Below the pieces are notes generated by a model. That model was not told the DNA's origin. It worked only from the letters and a program-made list of their open reading frames with translations, and did not search any database. Source: Thermodesulfobacteriota bacterium (GTDB lineage: Bacteria; Desulfobacterota_D; UBA1144; Nemesobacterales; Nemesobacteraceae). From it: a stretch of 64,000 bases of DNA. Both the position numbers and the translations under genes were made by a program. The DNA is taken from NCBI GenBank assembly GCA_963667625.1, contig OY763921.1, positions 325,778 through 389,777 of the forward strand, read 5' to 3'. Position 1 is the first letter of the stretch. Each line of letters opens with the position of its first letter. This document shows, in pieces, positions 37,634 through 49,510 of the stretch.

Positions 37634-38829
37634 AGAAAAAGCTTCTTGTAAGCGACTTTCCCTGCTCGCAGTACGAGGGGAAAAGAGTTTTTGTAAGGGT
37701 TGATTTCAACGTTCCCGTAAGCGGCGGAAAGATAAGAGAAGACTACAGAATAAGGCGCGCTATCCCCACGATCGATTACCTTACCAGATGCGGGGCCAAG
37801 GTAATCCTGGCTTCCCACATGGGAAGACCGAAAGGACGCAAGATAGAAGATTTTTCAATGGCTCCGGTGGCGGAGAGGCTTAACGAGTTTCTGGGAATCA
37901 AAGTTCGTTTTCCGGGCGCGGTTGTTGGCAGAAAAGTCGAAAACGCCTCTAAGAAACTCAAAAACGGCGAGGTAATGCTCCTTGAGAACCTAAGATATCA
38001 CAATGAGGAAACGGAAAACGACGCGGATTTCTCCCAGAAGCTGGCCTCTCTGGCCGATATCTACGTGAACGAAGCTTTCGGTACCTCGCACAGGGCCCAC
38101 GCCTCCACTTACGGAATGACCTCTCACTTCGAGAAAAAGTTCGCGGGCTTCATGGTGGGAAACGAAATAAAATTTCTGAGCCGTCTCATAAGAAGACCCA
38201 AAAAGCCCTATGTGGTCATCGTCGGGGGAATGAAGATAAAGGACAAGATAGGGGCGCTCAGGAACATAATAAAAAAGGCGGACAGGGTTCTTGTGGGCGG
38301 GGGAGTGGCCTATACTTTTCTTGCAGCGCGCGGGGTTAGCGTTGGAAAATGTTCCATTGAGAAGGAGATGCTTTCCTGGGCCCGTGAGGCTCTTGAAACC
38401 TACAAGGAAAAAATCATCCTGCCTGTTGACCACGTAATGGCCGAGGTCGCTGGCGGCAGAAAAATGCGTGTAGTGGTTACGGGCGCGGAGATTCCCGACG
38501 ACATGACGGCTTTTGACATAGGACCGAAGACGGTGGAGAAATTCACCTCTCATATAAAGGGAGAGGGCACGGTCTTCTGGAACGGTCCCATGGGATTTTT
38601 CGAGATGGACGATTTCTCAAACGGCACAAGCTCCATCGCCAGATCGTTCGCACTTGCCACGTGGAGGGGAGCCATCACGGTTCTCGGAGGAGGGGACAGC
38701 GTGGCGGCGCTTAAAAAGTCCGGGGTCAAATTTTCTGAAGCAACCCACGTTTCGACCGGGGGCGGTGCCTGTTTCGAGTTCCTCGGAGGATCCGACCTCC
38801 CGGGAATATCAATTCTCAGTGACAGCTAA
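37630..38829 (+). CDS. pgk: Phosphoglycerate kinase
   Basis: [12 protein letters not shown] near the N-terminus and GGGA...TGGGA near the C-terminus; its start overlaps the gap stop. Confidence 0.95.
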   Translation: MKKKLLVSDFPCSQYEGKRVFVRVDFNVPVSGGKIREDYRIRRAIPTIDYLTRCGAKVILASHMGRPKGRKIEDFSMAPVAERLNEFLGIKVRFPGAVVGRKVENASKKLKNGEVMLLENLRYHNEETENDADFSQKLASLADIYVNEAFGTSHRAHASTYGMTSHFEKKFAGFMVGNEIKFLSRLIRRPKKPYVVIVGGMKIKDKIGALRNIIKKADRVLVGGGVAYTFLAARGVSVGKCSIEKEMLSWAREALETYKEKIILPVDHVMAEVAGGRKMRVVVTGAEIPDDMTAFDIGPKTVEKFTSHIKGEGTVFWNGPMGFFEMDDFSNGTSSIARSFALATWRGAITVLGGGDSVAALKKSGVKFSEATHVSTGGGACFEFLGGSDLPGISILSDS

Positions 38830-38883
38830 GGTCTGATCAGGTATTTATTTCCGTAGAATCTGAAATTTTTCAGGGGTGAACTC

Positions 38884-39957
38884 ATGGCTATAAAGGAACT
38901 TAAGGGAATTGATAAGGTACAGACGTTGCTGGGAGAGGATTCGGAATACCTGCTCGGCCACAAGTGTGCGACTATAAGCAAAAAAAGCCTTTATCTTCCA
39001 GGCCCGGATTACGTAGACGAGGTCTTCGTCCAGAACGACCGCTCACCCGCGGTGATAAGAAACCTGCAGACCATCCTTAACCACGGTCGTCTCGGGGGGA
39101 CGGGATACGTATCCATCCTGCCGGTCGACCAAGGGATTGAGCATTCGGCGGGAGCCTCTTTTGCGGTGAATCCGCTCTATTTCGATCCTGAGAACATAGT
39201 TAAGCTTGCCATTGAGGGAGGGTGTAACGCCGTGGCCTCGACCGTGGGGGCGCTGGGTTCGGTTTCAAGAAAATACGCGCACAAAATTCCTTTCATAGCA
39301 AAAATCAACCACAATGAGTTGTTAAGCTATCCTAATACTTTCGATCAGATTCTTTTCGGGAACGTAGATCAGGCTTTTCAGATGGGAGCAGTGGCAGTCG
39401 GGGCGACGATATATTTCGGCTCCGAGGAAAGTTCCCGCCAGATCGAGGAAATATCCGAGGTTTTCAGCCACGCCCATTCCCTGGGACTCGCGACCATACT
39501 CTGGGCTTATCTGAGGAACCCGGCTTTCAAGCAGGATGAGGCTGATTATCATGTGTCCGCTGATCTCACGGGGCAGGCGAACCATCTCTCGGTAAGTGTA
39601 GGAGCCGATATAGTCAAGCAGAAGCTTCCGGAAAACAACGGAGGCTTTACAGCTCTTTCCTTCGGAAAGACCCACGAGCGCGTTTATTCGAAACTGACTT
39701 CCGATCACCCCATAGACCTTGCCCGCTACCAGCTTGCCAACTGCTATATGGGAAGGATAGGGCTTATAAATTCTGGGGGTGCCTCAGGCTCGGACGATCT
39801 TGGAGACGCGGTGAGAACTGCCATTATAAACAAAAGGGCCGGAGGGATGGGGCTCATAAGCGGGAGAAAGTCTTTCCAGAAACCAATGAAGGAAGGGGTC
39901 GCTCTCCTAAAGAGCATTCAGAACGTCTATCTGGAGCGTGAAATCACGATTGCCTGA
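38884..39957 (+). CDS. fbaB: Class I fructose-bisphosphate aldolase (FbaB/DhnA type)
   Basis: Near-colinear similarity, recalled from memory, to E. coli FbaB: [77 protein letters not shown] and VKQK. Confidence 0.9.
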   Translation: MAIKELKGIDKVQTLLGEDSEYLLGHKCATISKKSLYLPGPDYVDEVFVQNDRSPAVIRNLQTILNHGRLGGTGYVSILPVDQGIEHSAGASFAVNPLYFDPENIVKLAIEGGCNAVASTVGALGSVSRKYAHKIPFIAKINHNELLSYPNTFDQILFGNVDQAFQMGAVAVGATIYFGSEESSRQIEEISEVFSHAHSLGLATILWAYLRNPAFKQDEADYHVSADLTGQANHLSVSVGADIVKQKLPENNGGFTALSFGKTHERVYSKLTSDHPIDLARYQLANCYMGRIGLINSGGASGSDDLGDAVRTAIINKRAGGMGLISGRKSFQKPMKEGVALLKSIQNVYLEREITIA

Positions 39958-39971
39958 GGAGTGTCGGGCGC

Positions 39972-41018
39972 TTACCTGAAGTGATTTATTACCTCTCCCC
40001 CAAGGGCATTGAAGGAGTATTCCAGGTCAGGGCTGAAATCCCTGATTATGAAGTGGGTGACTCCGGCTTCTATGTATTCTTCGAACCTTTTTATCGCGTC
40101 GCCGGCCGTTCCATAAATCACGAAATCAGACAATATCTCCCGTGTATAGTACGTTTCTCCCATCTGCCGGAATCTGGTTAGCATGTCCTGGTCGTTGGGC
40201 ATTATGCTTGTGTAGGAAAGCCCCTTGTACTTGGGATCTATTTTTAGGTCATACCCGGCTTCCTCTATGACGTCCGGCCAGATTATCGCGTGCTTTATTC
40301 TGTCAAGGGTCTCGTAGGCCGCGTCCTTGTCTCTGGCGATGGACACGAAAATATATATGCACTTCTCAAAATTCTCTGCCGCGGCGGCGTTCTCACCCAT
40401 GGCTTTTTCCACTTCGGCGAGTTTGCTCGAAAAAACCCATGTTGGCATTGCGTTTGTTACCCAGCCGTTTCCGAGCGCGCCTGCGACCCCGAGAGCCTTC
40501 GGTCCGGTCGCGGCTATGTATACGGGAACATCCTTTCCGTTAACGGGGCTTACCCTTACTTCGGCTTCGCTGAGGGAGAAGAATTCCCCCTCGAAAGTTA
40601 CCGTTTCCCCGGCCCAAAGCCGCCTCATAAGCGGAACGGATTCCCTAAGACGCGCGAGAGGCTTGTTCCAGCTTATGCCGTAGTAGTCAAGATTCATTTT
40701 TTCCCCGTACCCAAGGCAGCTGAACGCTCTTCCCCCGGAGAGGTTGTCTATGGTTGCGAGTCTGTGGGCGAACATCGCGGGATGGGACCTGTGAGGATCC
40801 CCTATGGCTCCAAGGCGGATTCTTTCAGTCTTTACCGCCGCGGCCGTGATTACCGACCATACTTCGGGAGTCAGTTTTTTCGCCATAAACAGTATGTGGT
40901 CTGGGTACCACACGGCGTCGAAACCGGCCTCCTCGCAGTGTACGGCGAAGTCCACGAGTTCCGTAACCGGTTTTCCCGGAAGTGGGGCGGTAAGCCCGAA
41001 GCTTATTTTTTCACCCAT
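39972..41018 (-). CDS. LLM-class (luciferase-like) flavin-dependent oxidoreductase, possibly F420-dependent
   Basis: 348 aa TIM-barrel LLM pattern (FDAVWYPDH ... IGDPHRSHPAMFA). The F420 link is inferred only from cofE being present in the same window. Confidence 0.65.
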   Translation of the reverse strand: MGEKISFGLTAPLPGKPVTELVDFAVHCEEAGFDAVWYPDHILFMAKKLTPEVWSVITAAAVKTERIRLGAIGDPHRSHPAMFAHRLATIDNLSGGRAFSCLGYGEKMNLDYYGISWNKPLARLRESVPLMRRLWAGETVTFEGEFFSLSEAEVRVSPVNGKDVPVYIAATGPKALGVAGALGNGWVTNAMPTWVFSSKLAEVEKAMGENAAAAENFEKCIYIFVSIARDKDAAYETLDRIKHAIIWPDVIEEAGYDLKIDPKYKGLSYTSIMPNDQDMLTRFRQMGETYYTREILSDFVIYGTAGDAIKRFEEYIEAGVTHFIIRDFSPDLEYSFNALGGEVINHFR

Positions 41019-41020
41019 TT

Positions 41021-42040
41021 TTATTCCTCCTCAGGTTCTCTGGTGTCCTTCAGGAAATTGAGGAACTTGCTTACCATGTTGTAGGAACCTATATATATGG
41101 GGGCTCTCTGGTGAAGTTCCGTCGGCTGAATGTCAAGAGTTCTTTCCGTTCCGCTTGACGACGCTCCTCCGGCCTGTTCCACGATGAAGGCCATCGGGTT
41201 GCACTCGTAGAGAAGCCTGAGCTTTCCGTTGGGGGAATCCGAGGTCTTCGGATAAAGAAAGATTCCTCCCTTGAGCAGGTTCCTGTGGATATCTGCTACC
41301 ATGGATCCGACGTACCGAAGCGATAGGCTGGAACTGTTTTCCCCGTCCCTGCAGTAATCGAGATACTCCCTTACCCTGTCGGGGAATTTCGAGTAGTTAT
41401 AGTAGTTGACCGAGAAGATATTGCCGTGGCTCGGGATCTTTATGTTCGGATGGGAGAGGCAGAATTCTCCTATCGACGGGTCAAGAGTAAACCCGTTTAC
41501 TCCGTGGCCGGTAGTGTACACCAGCATGGTCGAAGAACCGTATATTATGTATCCGGCGGCCGTCTGGGCCTTGCCCGGCTGCAAAAAATCCTCCTTGAGA
41601 CACGGGGAGAACATCTTTGACGTTCTTCTGTATACGGAAAATATGGTTCCAACCGATACGTTCACGTCTATGTTGGAGGATCCGTCGAGAGGGTCCATCG
41701 CTATGACGTATTTCGAGGTTTTTGACTTCTCGTCTGAAAAAGCTATGAAATCCTCGTTTTCCTCAGACGCAACCCCGGCGCATTCTCCGCCATGTTCAAG
41801 TGCGGTAAGAAATCTTTCGTTCGCGTAGGAATCGAGCTTTCTTACCTCTTCTCCCTGGATGTTTATCTGGCCCGTTTTGCCTAAGATGTCCGCGACCAAA
41901 CCGGCTTTGTTTACTTCCCTGTGAACTATTTTCGCCGCGAACCCTATATCCCGAAGCAGCCTGGAGAGTTCCCCGGTGGAATAGGGAAATTCATACTGAT
42001 TTCTTATGATGAATTCGTCAAGAGTAGTTATCGAAACCAT
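41021..42040 (-). CDS. fbp: Fructose-1,6-bisphosphatase class I
   Basis: FBPase signature [23 protein letters not shown] and [14 protein letters not shown]. Confidence 0.9.
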   Translation of the reverse strand: MVSITTLDEFIIRNQYEFPYSTGELSRLLRDIGFAAKIVHREVNKAGLVADILGKTGQINIQGEEVRKLDSYANERFLTALEHGGECAGVASEENEDFIAFSDEKSKTSKYVIAMDPLDGSSNIDVNVSVGTIFSVYRRTSKMFSPCLKEDFLQPGKAQTAAGYIIYGSSTMLVYTTGHGVNGFTLDPSIGEFCLSHPNIKIPSHGNIFSVNYYNYSKFPDRVREYLDYCRDGENSSSLSLRYVGSMVADIHRNLLKGGIFLYPKTSDSPNGKLRLLYECNPMAFIVEQAGGASSSGTERTLDIQPTELHQRAPIYIGSYNMVSKFLNFLKDTREPEEE

Positions 42041-42246
42041 GTCGCGAGTTGTTCTAGAGAAAGGCCATAGGCAGAATGCTCTTCAGATAAGAGTCTAACT
42101 GAATCAGCTCAGTTAATTAAGGGAGTACTGATTAACAGTGATTGAAAAAACGACGCTTCGGCCTCAAAAAAGGGCTCAGAGTTGCGGGGTTCCTGGGCAG
42201 TGCCGCGGAGAATGTTGCTATCAGAATTCCGCGGTTCATTCCTCGC

Positions 42247-42783
42247 TCACTCGAAGTCTAGCTCTGGTTTTCCTTCCCGCAGTTCCCGGAGTTTTTCCAG
42301 GCTCTCGTCAAGATCATTCGGCGCCTGTTCCCTGATAATCTGATATCCGGTGATGACTTTGGGAGCCAGAACGGAATCCTTGAGGAAAGGAGCATCCTCA
42401 TCCATAAACTGCTTGACTCCAGTTACTAATAGATAGCAGAGCAGTAGACCGACTATAAAGCCTATCACCCCGCCGAGGAGGTGGTTAATCCATCCCATTT
42501 TGATCTTTTCCAGCAGGTCTGTCAGGAAATGGGAAAGATAATGTACGAGCATGTACGCAAGGCAGGCTACGACCAGGAATCCCAGAATATCGGCGATTCT
42601 CGGTTCGGCGACAATGTTTTTTTCAAGCAGAATAGCGCCCAGAGGCTCATAGAAAAAAAAGCCCAGCGCTACTCCCCCTATTATGGCGGTCAGGGAGAAA
42701 ATCTGCTTTATAACGCCTGACCTGAGTCCTGAACCGAAACAGACTAAGATCACGAATAAGAGTAAGATATCAAACAGGTTCAA
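42247..42783 (-). CDS. cvpA: CvpA-family membrane protein
   Basis: MNLFDILLLFVILVCFGSGLRSGVIKQIFSL is a typical CvpA N-terminus; about four TM helices. Confidence 0.75.
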   Translation of the reverse strand: MNLFDILLLFVILVCFGSGLRSGVIKQIFSLTAIIGGVALGFFFYEPLGAILLEKNIVAEPRIADILGFLVVACLAYMLVHYLSHFLTDLLEKIKMGWINHLLGGVIGFIVGLLLCYLLVTGVKQFMDEDAPFLKDSVLAPKVITGYQIIREQAPNDLDESLEKLRELREGKPELDFE

Positions 42784-42913
42784 AGCGGTTTACCGTTGCG
42801 CTCTTGCGGGCTGTTTTGCGAAAAATTTCATTTAAAAAAGGAAACTTACATCAGGTTAACGGTGGTGTCCAGTCTTTGACTTGTCGGGTCCGTTCATATA
42901 GTCTAACCGTCCG

Positions 42914-43897
42914 ATGGAGTTCTCAGACATAATTGAGATAATTCACCCGAGCCTCGTCGAAACGGAGAGGAAAATCGATGAATTCATAAAATCCGACGTT
43001 CCTCTGGTTTACGAAATAGCCAAGTATCTGCTTGGCGGAGGAGGAAAGAGAATCAGGCCTTCTCTCGTTCTTCTCTCAAGCGCCGCCTGCGGGCTTACCG
43101 ATGGGGAAAACCGGATCGCGGCCGCCGCCGGGATTGAACTTTTCCATGCCGGCACCCTTTTTCACGACGATGTGGTTGATCAGGCGGAGTTCAGAAGGGG
43201 GAACGCCTCTTCCAACATGGTCTGGGGAAACAAACCCACCGTGCTCGTGGGAGATTTTATGCTGGCCCGGGGTCTTGAGCTTATATACAGCTGCGGCAGT
43301 ATTGAACTCCTGAGAGTGGTTTCCAGGGCCTCATCGCGCCTTGCCGAGGGCCATGTGCTTGAGATTATGAGCGAAAGAAGAATGGTTGAAATCTCGGAGG
43401 ATTTCTGTTTTTCCGTGATTGACCACAAAACAGCTGCGCTCATTGAATGCTCGACCGAGACCGGAGCGCTTCTGGCGAATACTTCAAACGGGGCGGTCGA
43501 GGCTCTTTCACACTACGGACACAACATAGGAATAGCCTTTCAGCTTATAGACGATGCGCTTGATTACTGTTCTGAGGAAGACAAGTTTGGGAAAAAGACC
43601 GGACAGGACCTGGCTGAACGAAAGATGACTCTTCCGCTTTACTACTCAATCGAAAACGCCCCGGAAGACGTGAAACGCAAAGTGATCAAAACGCTTGATA
43701 AAGAAGATGATCTCGATAGTTCCGAGATAGAGGAGATAACACAGCTAGTAGACCACTACCGCGGGGTCGATTTGACCAGACAGCGGGCAAAAGAGTTTGT
43801 GGTTGAAGCAAAAAAATCTCTGGACGAGATACCGCAGAACGATTACAAAGAATCTCTCGGTAGCCTTGCCGATTACGTGGCTGAGAGAAACTTCTGA
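42914..43897 (+). CDS. Polyprenyl diphosphate synthase (IspB/octaprenyl-type)
   Basis: Two DDxxD motifs (FHDDVVDQ and LIDDALDY). Confidence 0.85.
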   Translation: MEFSDIIEIIHPSLVETERKIDEFIKSDVPLVYEIAKYLLGGGGKRIRPSLVLLSSAACGLTDGENRIAAAAGIELFHAGTLFHDDVVDQAEFRRGNASSNMVWGNKPTVLVGDFMLARGLELIYSCGSIELLRVVSRASSRLAEGHVLEIMSERRMVEISEDFCFSVIDHKTAALIECSTETGALLANTSNGAVEALSHYGHNIGIAFQLIDDALDYCSEEDKFGKKTGQDLAERKMTLPLYYSIENAPEDVKRKVIKTLDKEDDLDSSEIEEITQLVDHYRGVDLTRQRAKEFVVEAKKSLDEIPQNDYKESLGSLADYVAERNF

Positions 43898-44346
43898 TAG
43901 TAGCTGTCAAGCGCAAGACCCATGACATAGGCGTCTCCTTTTCCCCTGCCGTAGTAGTTCTCGCGTGTTCTAAGGATTTCAAACCCGAGCTTTTTGTAAA
44001 GCGTAATTGCCGGGGTGTTTGTCGTTCTTACCTCGAGAATAACCGAAAGAGCCCCCATTTTTTCATAAAAATTAAATGTGTCCGAGAGCAGTTCAATCGC
44101 TACTCCCCTTCTCCTGTGGCAGGATGCCACGGCGATCTTGAATACGTGAATTTCGTCGTAGATAATGGTGGATATCGAGTAGCCAGCAACGTCTTCGTCG
44201 CTTCCGTTTATAGCTATATTGCAGAAGAACCCGGTTTTTTTGATGTAATCTGCGAGCACCTGTTTCGGCCACGGGGAGATGAAGGACTCGTTTTCGATCT
44301 TCACGATCTCGTTTATGTATTTCGGTGATAGGGCCTTTATGATCAT
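43873..44346 (-). CDS. rimI: GNAT acetyltransferase, RimI-like
   Basis: 157 aa; acetyl-CoA binding segment HRRRGVAIELL...LEVRTTNTPAITLYKKLGF. Confidence 0.7.
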   Translation of the reverse strand: MIIKALSPKYINEIVKIENESFISPWPKQVLADYIKKTGFFCNIAINGSDEDVAGYSISTIIYDEIHVFKIAVASCHRRRGVAIELLSDTFNFYEKMGALSVILEVRTTNTPAITLYKKLGFEILRTRENYYGRGKGDAYVMGLALDSYYQKFLSAT

Positions 44347-45368
44347 TTTTCTTGTGCCGACCGAGGGGGACGAAATCTCTCAAAATAAAGATCGAGCAGA
44401 TTCGCGGCTCCCGTGTAGGGATCCGTCTTTCCTTCCATTACTTCTTTTTCCACTTTGACGAGCGTTTCTTTGACGAGGGAGTTTTCATAGAAGCTGTCCT
44501 CAAGATTCTGGACGAGCGCTTCATGCAGGCGATATTTAGCCTGCTTCCTTCTTTTTTCCGTAAAGTATCCGTTTTCTCTGCAGAGATCTTCATAGTCCAT
44601 GACGCACTGCCAGATTTCCCTTATCCCGAAACCCGTGACAGATGAGCAGGCATAAGCCTTGGGAACCCACCCGGATTCGGGCGGCCTGTGAAATCTCAGC
44701 GCCTCTTCCATTTCCTGTTTCATAAGCTCCGCCTTTTTTTTGTTTCTCCCATCCGCTTTGGTTATCAATACGGCGTCAGCGCGCTCGATTATTCCCCTTT
44801 TTATTCCCTGAATGTCATCTCCCGCCCCGGTAATCATGAGCAGCATGAAAAAATCGACCATGGAGTGGCAGGTAATTTCGGACTGCCCGACTCCCACCGT
44901 TTCTATAAAGATCGTGTCGAATCCTGCCGCCTCGCAGAGAATCACGGCGTCGCTTGTCTTTTTTGCGACTCCTCCCAGAGAACCGGCCGACGGAGAAGGC
45001 CTTATGTAGACGTTTTCGTGCCGGGAAAGTTCCTGCATTCTGAGTTTGTCGCCCAAAACGCTTCCCCCGGTTTCGCTGCTCGTGGGATCGATTGCGAGCA
45101 CCGCTATCTTTTTTCCGCACTCGCGGGCTAGATAGAGACCCAGAGATTCTAAGAAGCTGCTCTTCCCGACTCCGGGTATCCCCGTAATTCCCACCCTTAT
45201 GGATTTTCCAGACCGCGGCAGACACCACGTGATTATCTCCCGTGCAAGCTTTTTGTGCTCGGGAAGGGTGCTCTCCGCAAGGGTTATTGCCCTGCTCAGA
45301 GCGGGTATTTCTCCTTTGGCTATGCCTTGGCGGTAAGTTTCCGCTTCCGTTTTTCTGTGCGGGGTCAT
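44343..45368 (-). CDS. meaB: Methylmalonyl-CoA mutase-associated GTPase MeaB (ArgK)
   Basis: P-loop [18 protein letters not shown]; directly downstream of, and overlapping, the mutase genes. Confidence 0.85.
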   Translation of the reverse strand: MTPHRKTEAETYRQGIAKGEIPALSRAITLAESTLPEHKKLAREIITWCLPRSGKSIRVGITGIPGVGKSSFLESLGLYLARECGKKIAVLAIDPTSSETGGSVLGDKLRMQELSRHENVYIRPSPSAGSLGGVAKKTSDAVILCEAAGFDTIFIETVGVGQSEITCHSMVDFFMLLMITGAGDDIQGIKRGIIERADAVLITKADGRNKKKAELMKQEMEEALRFHRPPESGWVPKAYACSSVTGFGIREIWQCVMDYEDLCRENGYFTEKRRKQAKYRLHEALVQNLEDSFYENSLVKETLVKVEKEVMEGKTDPYTGAANLLDLYFERFRPPRSAQEK

Positions 45369-47503
45369 CTTCGGGTTTCTGTCAGGGGCACGAGTATGGC
45401 TTCAGCCGCTTCGGACAGCACGGTGCCTGGACCGAATATCTGCGAGACTCCGGCGCTTCTGAGGTAATCGTAATCGCGTTTGGGTATTACTCCTCCTGCG
45501 ACCACCATTATGTCGTCGCCCCCCATCTCGTTGAGTTTTTTTATAAGTTCGGGAATGAGTGTCTTGTGGCCGGCGGCCAGGCTTGATATTCCGATTATGT
45601 GGACATCGTTTTCAACCGCCTGTCTCGCCGCTTCTTCAGGAGTCTGAAAGAGCGGACCTATGTCCACGTCGAAACCCAAATCGGCAAAGCCCGTCGCTAT
45701 TATTTTCGCCCCGCGGTCGTGGCCGTCCTGGCCCATTTTTGCGACCAGTATTCTGGGTCTTCTTCCTTCTAGAGTGGCGAAACGGTCGGCAAGCTCTCTT
45801 GCCCTGGCAAATCCGGCGTCCTTCGAAATTTCCGATGAATACACTCCCGAGATCGTGCGCCATCCAGGCCTATATCTTCCCCATGCCTCCTCGCACGCGT
45901 CGGATATTTCTCCGAGGGTGGCGTTTTCCCTTGCGGCCTCAACTGCCAGGGAGAGAAGGTTGCCTTGCCCCGTTTTTGCACATTCAGTGATTTTCTGAAG
46001 CGTGCGCCAAACCGCCTCGGAATCCCTTTTTTCTTTGAGCTTCTTTAGTCTTTTAATCTGGTTCTCCCTCACCTTGCGGTTATCCACTTCCAGTATATCG
46101 AATTCTTCCTGCGCGTCCGAATTATAGCTGTTGACTCCTACTATTAAGTCTTTTCCCGAGTCTATTCTCGCCTGTTTTCGTGCTGCCGCTTCCTCTATTT
46201 TCATTTTCGGCAAACCGGTCTCTATGGCTTTGGACATTCCTCCCAGTTCTTCTATTTCCATTATGAGTTCCCAGGCCCTTTTCGCCAGATTGTGAGTCAG
46301 GTGCTCGACATAGTAGGACCCCGCCCAGGGATCGATCAACCTGCATACATCTGTTTCTTTCTGAAGATAAAGCTGGGTGTTTCTCGCTATCCTGGCGGAA
46401 AAGTCGGTGGGAAGGGCGATTGCTTCATCCAAGGCGTTTGTGTGGAGCGACTGAGTGCCGCCGAGCACCGCGCTTAGGGCTTCAACGCATGTTCTCGTCA
46501 CGTTGTTGAACGGATCCTGTTCCGTGAGGCTCCATCCCGAAGTCTGGCAGTGGGTTCTGAGCATGAGCGATGTCGGCTTTTTGGGCTCAAAGGTCTTGAC
46601 GATCTTGGCCCAGAGCATCCTTGCTGCCCTCATTTTCGCGATTTCCATGAAATGGTCCATGCCTATTCCCCAGAAAAAGGAAATTCTGGGAGCGAAATCG
46701 TCAATGTTGAGTCCCGCCTCAACGCCCGCCCTTAAATACTCAAGGCCGTCGGCAAGCGTATAGGCAAGTTCTATGTCCGACGTGGCGCCCGCTTCTTCCA
46801 TGTGGTAGCCGCTTACGCTTATTGAATTGAACTTCGGCATGTTTTTCGATGTATATTCGAAGATGTCAGAGACTATCTTCATTGAGAATTCGGGTGGGTA
46901 AATGTAGGTGTTCCTTACCATGAACTCCTTGAGTATGTCGTTCTGGATCGTTCCGCTCAGTTTTTCCGGTCCCACTCCCTGCCGCTCCGCAACGATTATG
47001 TAGAAAGCCATGATCGGCAGAACTGCGCCGTTCATGGTCATGGAAACCGAGATTCGGTCAAGGGGTATTCGATCGAGAAGAATTTCCATGTCGAGTACCG
47101 AATCTATTGCTACGCCTGCCTTTCCAACGTCTCCCGAAACCCTGGGGTGATCCGAGTCATATCCCCTGTGAGTCGGAAGATCAAAGGCTATGGAAAGCCC
47201 CTTCTGTCCCGCGGCCAGGTTTCTTCTGTAAAAAGCGTTTGATTCCTCCGCGGTGGAGAATCCCGCGTACTGCCTGATGGTCCAGGGCCTCGTGAGGTAC
47301 ATGGTCGGGTAGGGTCCGCGGAGGTAGGGTGGAATTCCGGAGACGAATCCCAGGTGTTCGGAATCGCTGAGATCGTCGCGGACATAAAATGTTTTTATGT
47401 CTATTTTCTCCGGTGATTCCCTTACGACATCTCCGCTCGCACGTGCGCTGCTGCTGCCGTTTGAACCGAAGCCGAGATTTATTTTCGAAAAATCAGGTCT
47501 CAT
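45365..47503 (-). CDS. Methylmalonyl-CoA mutase large (catalytic, B12-binding) subunit
   Basis: 712 aa with an MCM TIM-barrel N-domain and a C-terminal B12-binding DxHxxG segment ([13 protein letters not shown]). Confidence 0.9.
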   Translation of the reverse strand: MRPDFSKINLGFGSNGSSSARASGDVVRESPEKIDIKTFYVRDDLSDSEHLGFVSGIPPYLRGPYPTMYLTRPWTIRQYAGFSTAEESNAFYRRNLAAGQKGLSIAFDLPTHRGYDSDHPRVSGDVGKAGVAIDSVLDMEILLDRIPLDRISVSMTMNGAVLPIMAFYIIVAERQGVGPEKLSGTIQNDILKEFMVRNTYIYPPEFSMKIVSDIFEYTSKNMPKFNSISVSGYHMEEAGATSDIELAYTLADGLEYLRAGVEAGLNIDDFAPRISFFWGIGMDHFMEIAKMRAARMLWAKIVKTFEPKKPTSLMLRTHCQTSGWSLTEQDPFNNVTRTCVEALSAVLGGTQSLHTNALDEAIALPTDFSARIARNTQLYLQKETDVCRLIDPWAGSYYVEHLTHNLAKRAWELIMEIEELGGMSKAIETGLPKMKIEEAAARKQARIDSGKDLIVGVNSYNSDAQEEFDILEVDNRKVRENQIKRLKKLKEKRDSEAVWRTLQKITECAKTGQGNLLSLAVEAARENATLGEISDACEEAWGRYRPGWRTISGVYSSEISKDAGFARARELADRFATLEGRRPRILVAKMGQDGHDRGAKIIATGFADLGFDVDIGPLFQTPEEAARQAVENDVHIIGISSLAAGHKTLIPELIKKLNEMGGDDIMVVAGGVIPKRDYDYLRSAGVSQIFGPGTVLSEAAEAILVPLTETRR

Positions 47504-49443
47504 GATCCTACCTTGTCTGAGAAGAGCAACTGCTGGTATCTTTCAAGCATGTCGCGGACATCCGAATCCGCATTGATAAAATCATCCACGCCTGCCTCGG
47601 CGAGCCCCTCCCATTCGCTTTGGCTACCGCCTGGAACGACAACTTTTATTTCCGCTTCCTTGTTCTTGAGTTTTCTTACGGCCTCTTCTGCTAACTGCTC
47701 GTAATCTTTGTCGGAACCGCAGATTGCTACCGCAAGCGGATTCTCCCGCAAGGCTGCCGCAACTCCCTCATCAATGCCCGGATTTTCTACTCCGTCTACT
47801 ATCGCGAACCCTCCGCATCCGAAGAAATTCATCGAGAAAACCGATCTTGCGGCTGTCTGCGGCGAATCGCTCAGGTGGAGCAGAAAAACTTTGGGCGCCT
47901 CGCTCGTTCTCTCCGCGTATTCCTCGCTTAGAAGCCTTATTTCCTCAAAAACTTGAGCTGCCCTTGATTCCGTAAGAGGCGCTACAGTCGGGGCCGAACC
48001 GTTAGTCTCTTTTTCCGCGAGGAGGGTTTCCCGGATATCCCCCGCCATTTTTTCCAGCAGGTTGGGAAACTCGTTTGTTCCGACAAGCGTTTTTTTCCTC
48101 TGGGAAATGTCACTCAGGACTTTTTTCCTGCTGTCCTCGACCGCACTCTGTATGAAACCGCTTTTAAGGCACTCAAGATAGCCGCCTTTTCTTTCTATTT
48201 CTTGGAACAGTTCGAGGGATTTCTGTGAAATGGACTGCGTCAGTTTCTCTATGTGGTAGGAGCCCCCTCCGGGGTCGGTCACTGCGTCGAGGTGGGATTC
48301 GTTTCTTGAGAGAAGCTGAACGTTTCTCGCCACTCTCCTTGAGAATCCGTCGGGTTCCCTGTAGTGGGCGTCAAAGGGCTCCACGGTCAGGGAGTCTGTC
48401 CCCCCGATTACAGACGCCATTGCTTCAAGCGCCGTCCGCAATATGTTTGTGTGCGGGTCGTAAATGGTTTTGTTGAAGGCGCTGGTGCGGCAGTGAATCT
48501 TCATTTTCGTGGATTCGGCAGAGGCGGGGGAGAACTGTTGTGCGACGTTCGCCCAGAGGGCTCTTGCGGCGCGAAGTTTGGCGATTTCCGCAAAGTAGCT
48601 CGATCCTGTGGAGAAGGAAAAGATGAGGTGGCGGCAGGCGCTGTCTGCATCAACACCTCTTTGGCGAAGCATAACCAGATACTCGACCGCTGCGGCGATG
48701 GTGAAGGCGAGTTCCTGGGTTATCGTTGCGCCTGAGTCTTTAAACGTCAAGCTTTTTACCGAAAACGCCGCGTAGCCGGGCGCGGTGTCTGAGAGATATC
48801 CGATGGCTTTTGCGATTTTATCCATATTCTCGTCAAGCGACGTTGCGGGGGATCCATGGGTAAGCAGATGCGATAGAGGGTCGAAGAACACGGCCCCGCT
48901 GAGTTCCTGCGTGTCGATTTCTTTTTTGGCGCAGGAGGAGATGAAAAGGGCGCAGGTTTTTTCCGGATATTCTCTCAAGGCGAAGTTTATGCTGATGCGC
49001 AGGGGATCTATATCTTTTATGAGGGTTTCGAGGGTCTTGCGCTTCATTCCCGCCTGCGGGATGAAGGTAAGAGAATCCGCTCCGCCCTCTATTGCCGCAA
49101 GCGCCGCGGTTCCAGCCTGTTTCGGGCTCGTGAGCTTTATCTCTTCTGTAAGGAGCCATCTGTTATCTTTTCTGCTGGTTCCCCGGACGAACGGAGATTC
49201 TCCCGGAAGCGGGGTTTCCCCCAGGAAAAAGTCCCTGGCTTCCTCTTCGGTATAGAAGGGTTCAACCTCTATGCCGTCTTCGGTATGCCATATGAGATCT
49301 TTATAGGAAATCCTTTTTTCGGCTTCTTTCTTCCAGCTTTCTTTCGAGACGCTTGGAAAATCATCGAAAAGAAGGACCTGTCCATGTTCTTTTTCTGTTT
49401 TGCTCATAATTCTCCACTCTGTGTTTCTCACACCCTCAAACAA
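47500..49443 (-). CDS. Methylmalonyl-CoA mutase small (beta) subunit
   Basis: 647 aa MCM-like protein with no DxHxxG B12 motif. Translationally coupled (overlapping) with the large subunit. An alternative start at MSKTEKEH is possible. Confidence 0.8.
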   Translation of the reverse strand: MFEGVRNTEWRIMSKTEKEHGQVLLFDDFPSVSKESWKKEAEKRISYKDLIWHTEDGIEVEPFYTEEEARDFFLGETPLPGESPFVRGTSRKDNRWLLTEEIKLTSPKQAGTAALAAIEGGADSLTFIPQAGMKRKTLETLIKDIDPLRISINFALREYPEKTCALFISSCAKKEIDTQELSGAVFFDPLSHLLTHGSPATSLDENMDKIAKAIGYLSDTAPGYAAFSVKSLTFKDSGATITQELAFTIAAAVEYLVMLRQRGVDADSACRHLIFSFSTGSSYFAEIAKLRAARALWANVAQQFSPASAESTKMKIHCRTSAFNKTIYDPHTNILRTALEAMASVIGGTDSLTVEPFDAHYREPDGFSRRVARNVQLLSRNESHLDAVTDPGGGSYHIEKLTQSISQKSLELFQEIERKGGYLECLKSGFIQSAVEDSRKKVLSDISQRKKTLVGTNEFPNLLEKMAGDIRETLLAEKETNGSAPTVAPLTESRAAQVFEEIRLLSEEYAERTSEAPKVFLLHLSDSPQTAARSVFSMNFFGCGGFAIVDGVENPGIDEGVAAALRENPLAVAICGSDKDYEQLAEEAVRKLKNKEAEIKVVVPGGSQSEWEGLAEAGVDDFINADSDVRDMLERYQQLLFSDKVGS

Positions 49444-49510
49444 ATAATTATATAATTCCGATTCGTTTCTGCCAACATACTGAAACTATTTTGTAGGAAG
49501 CAAATTAAAC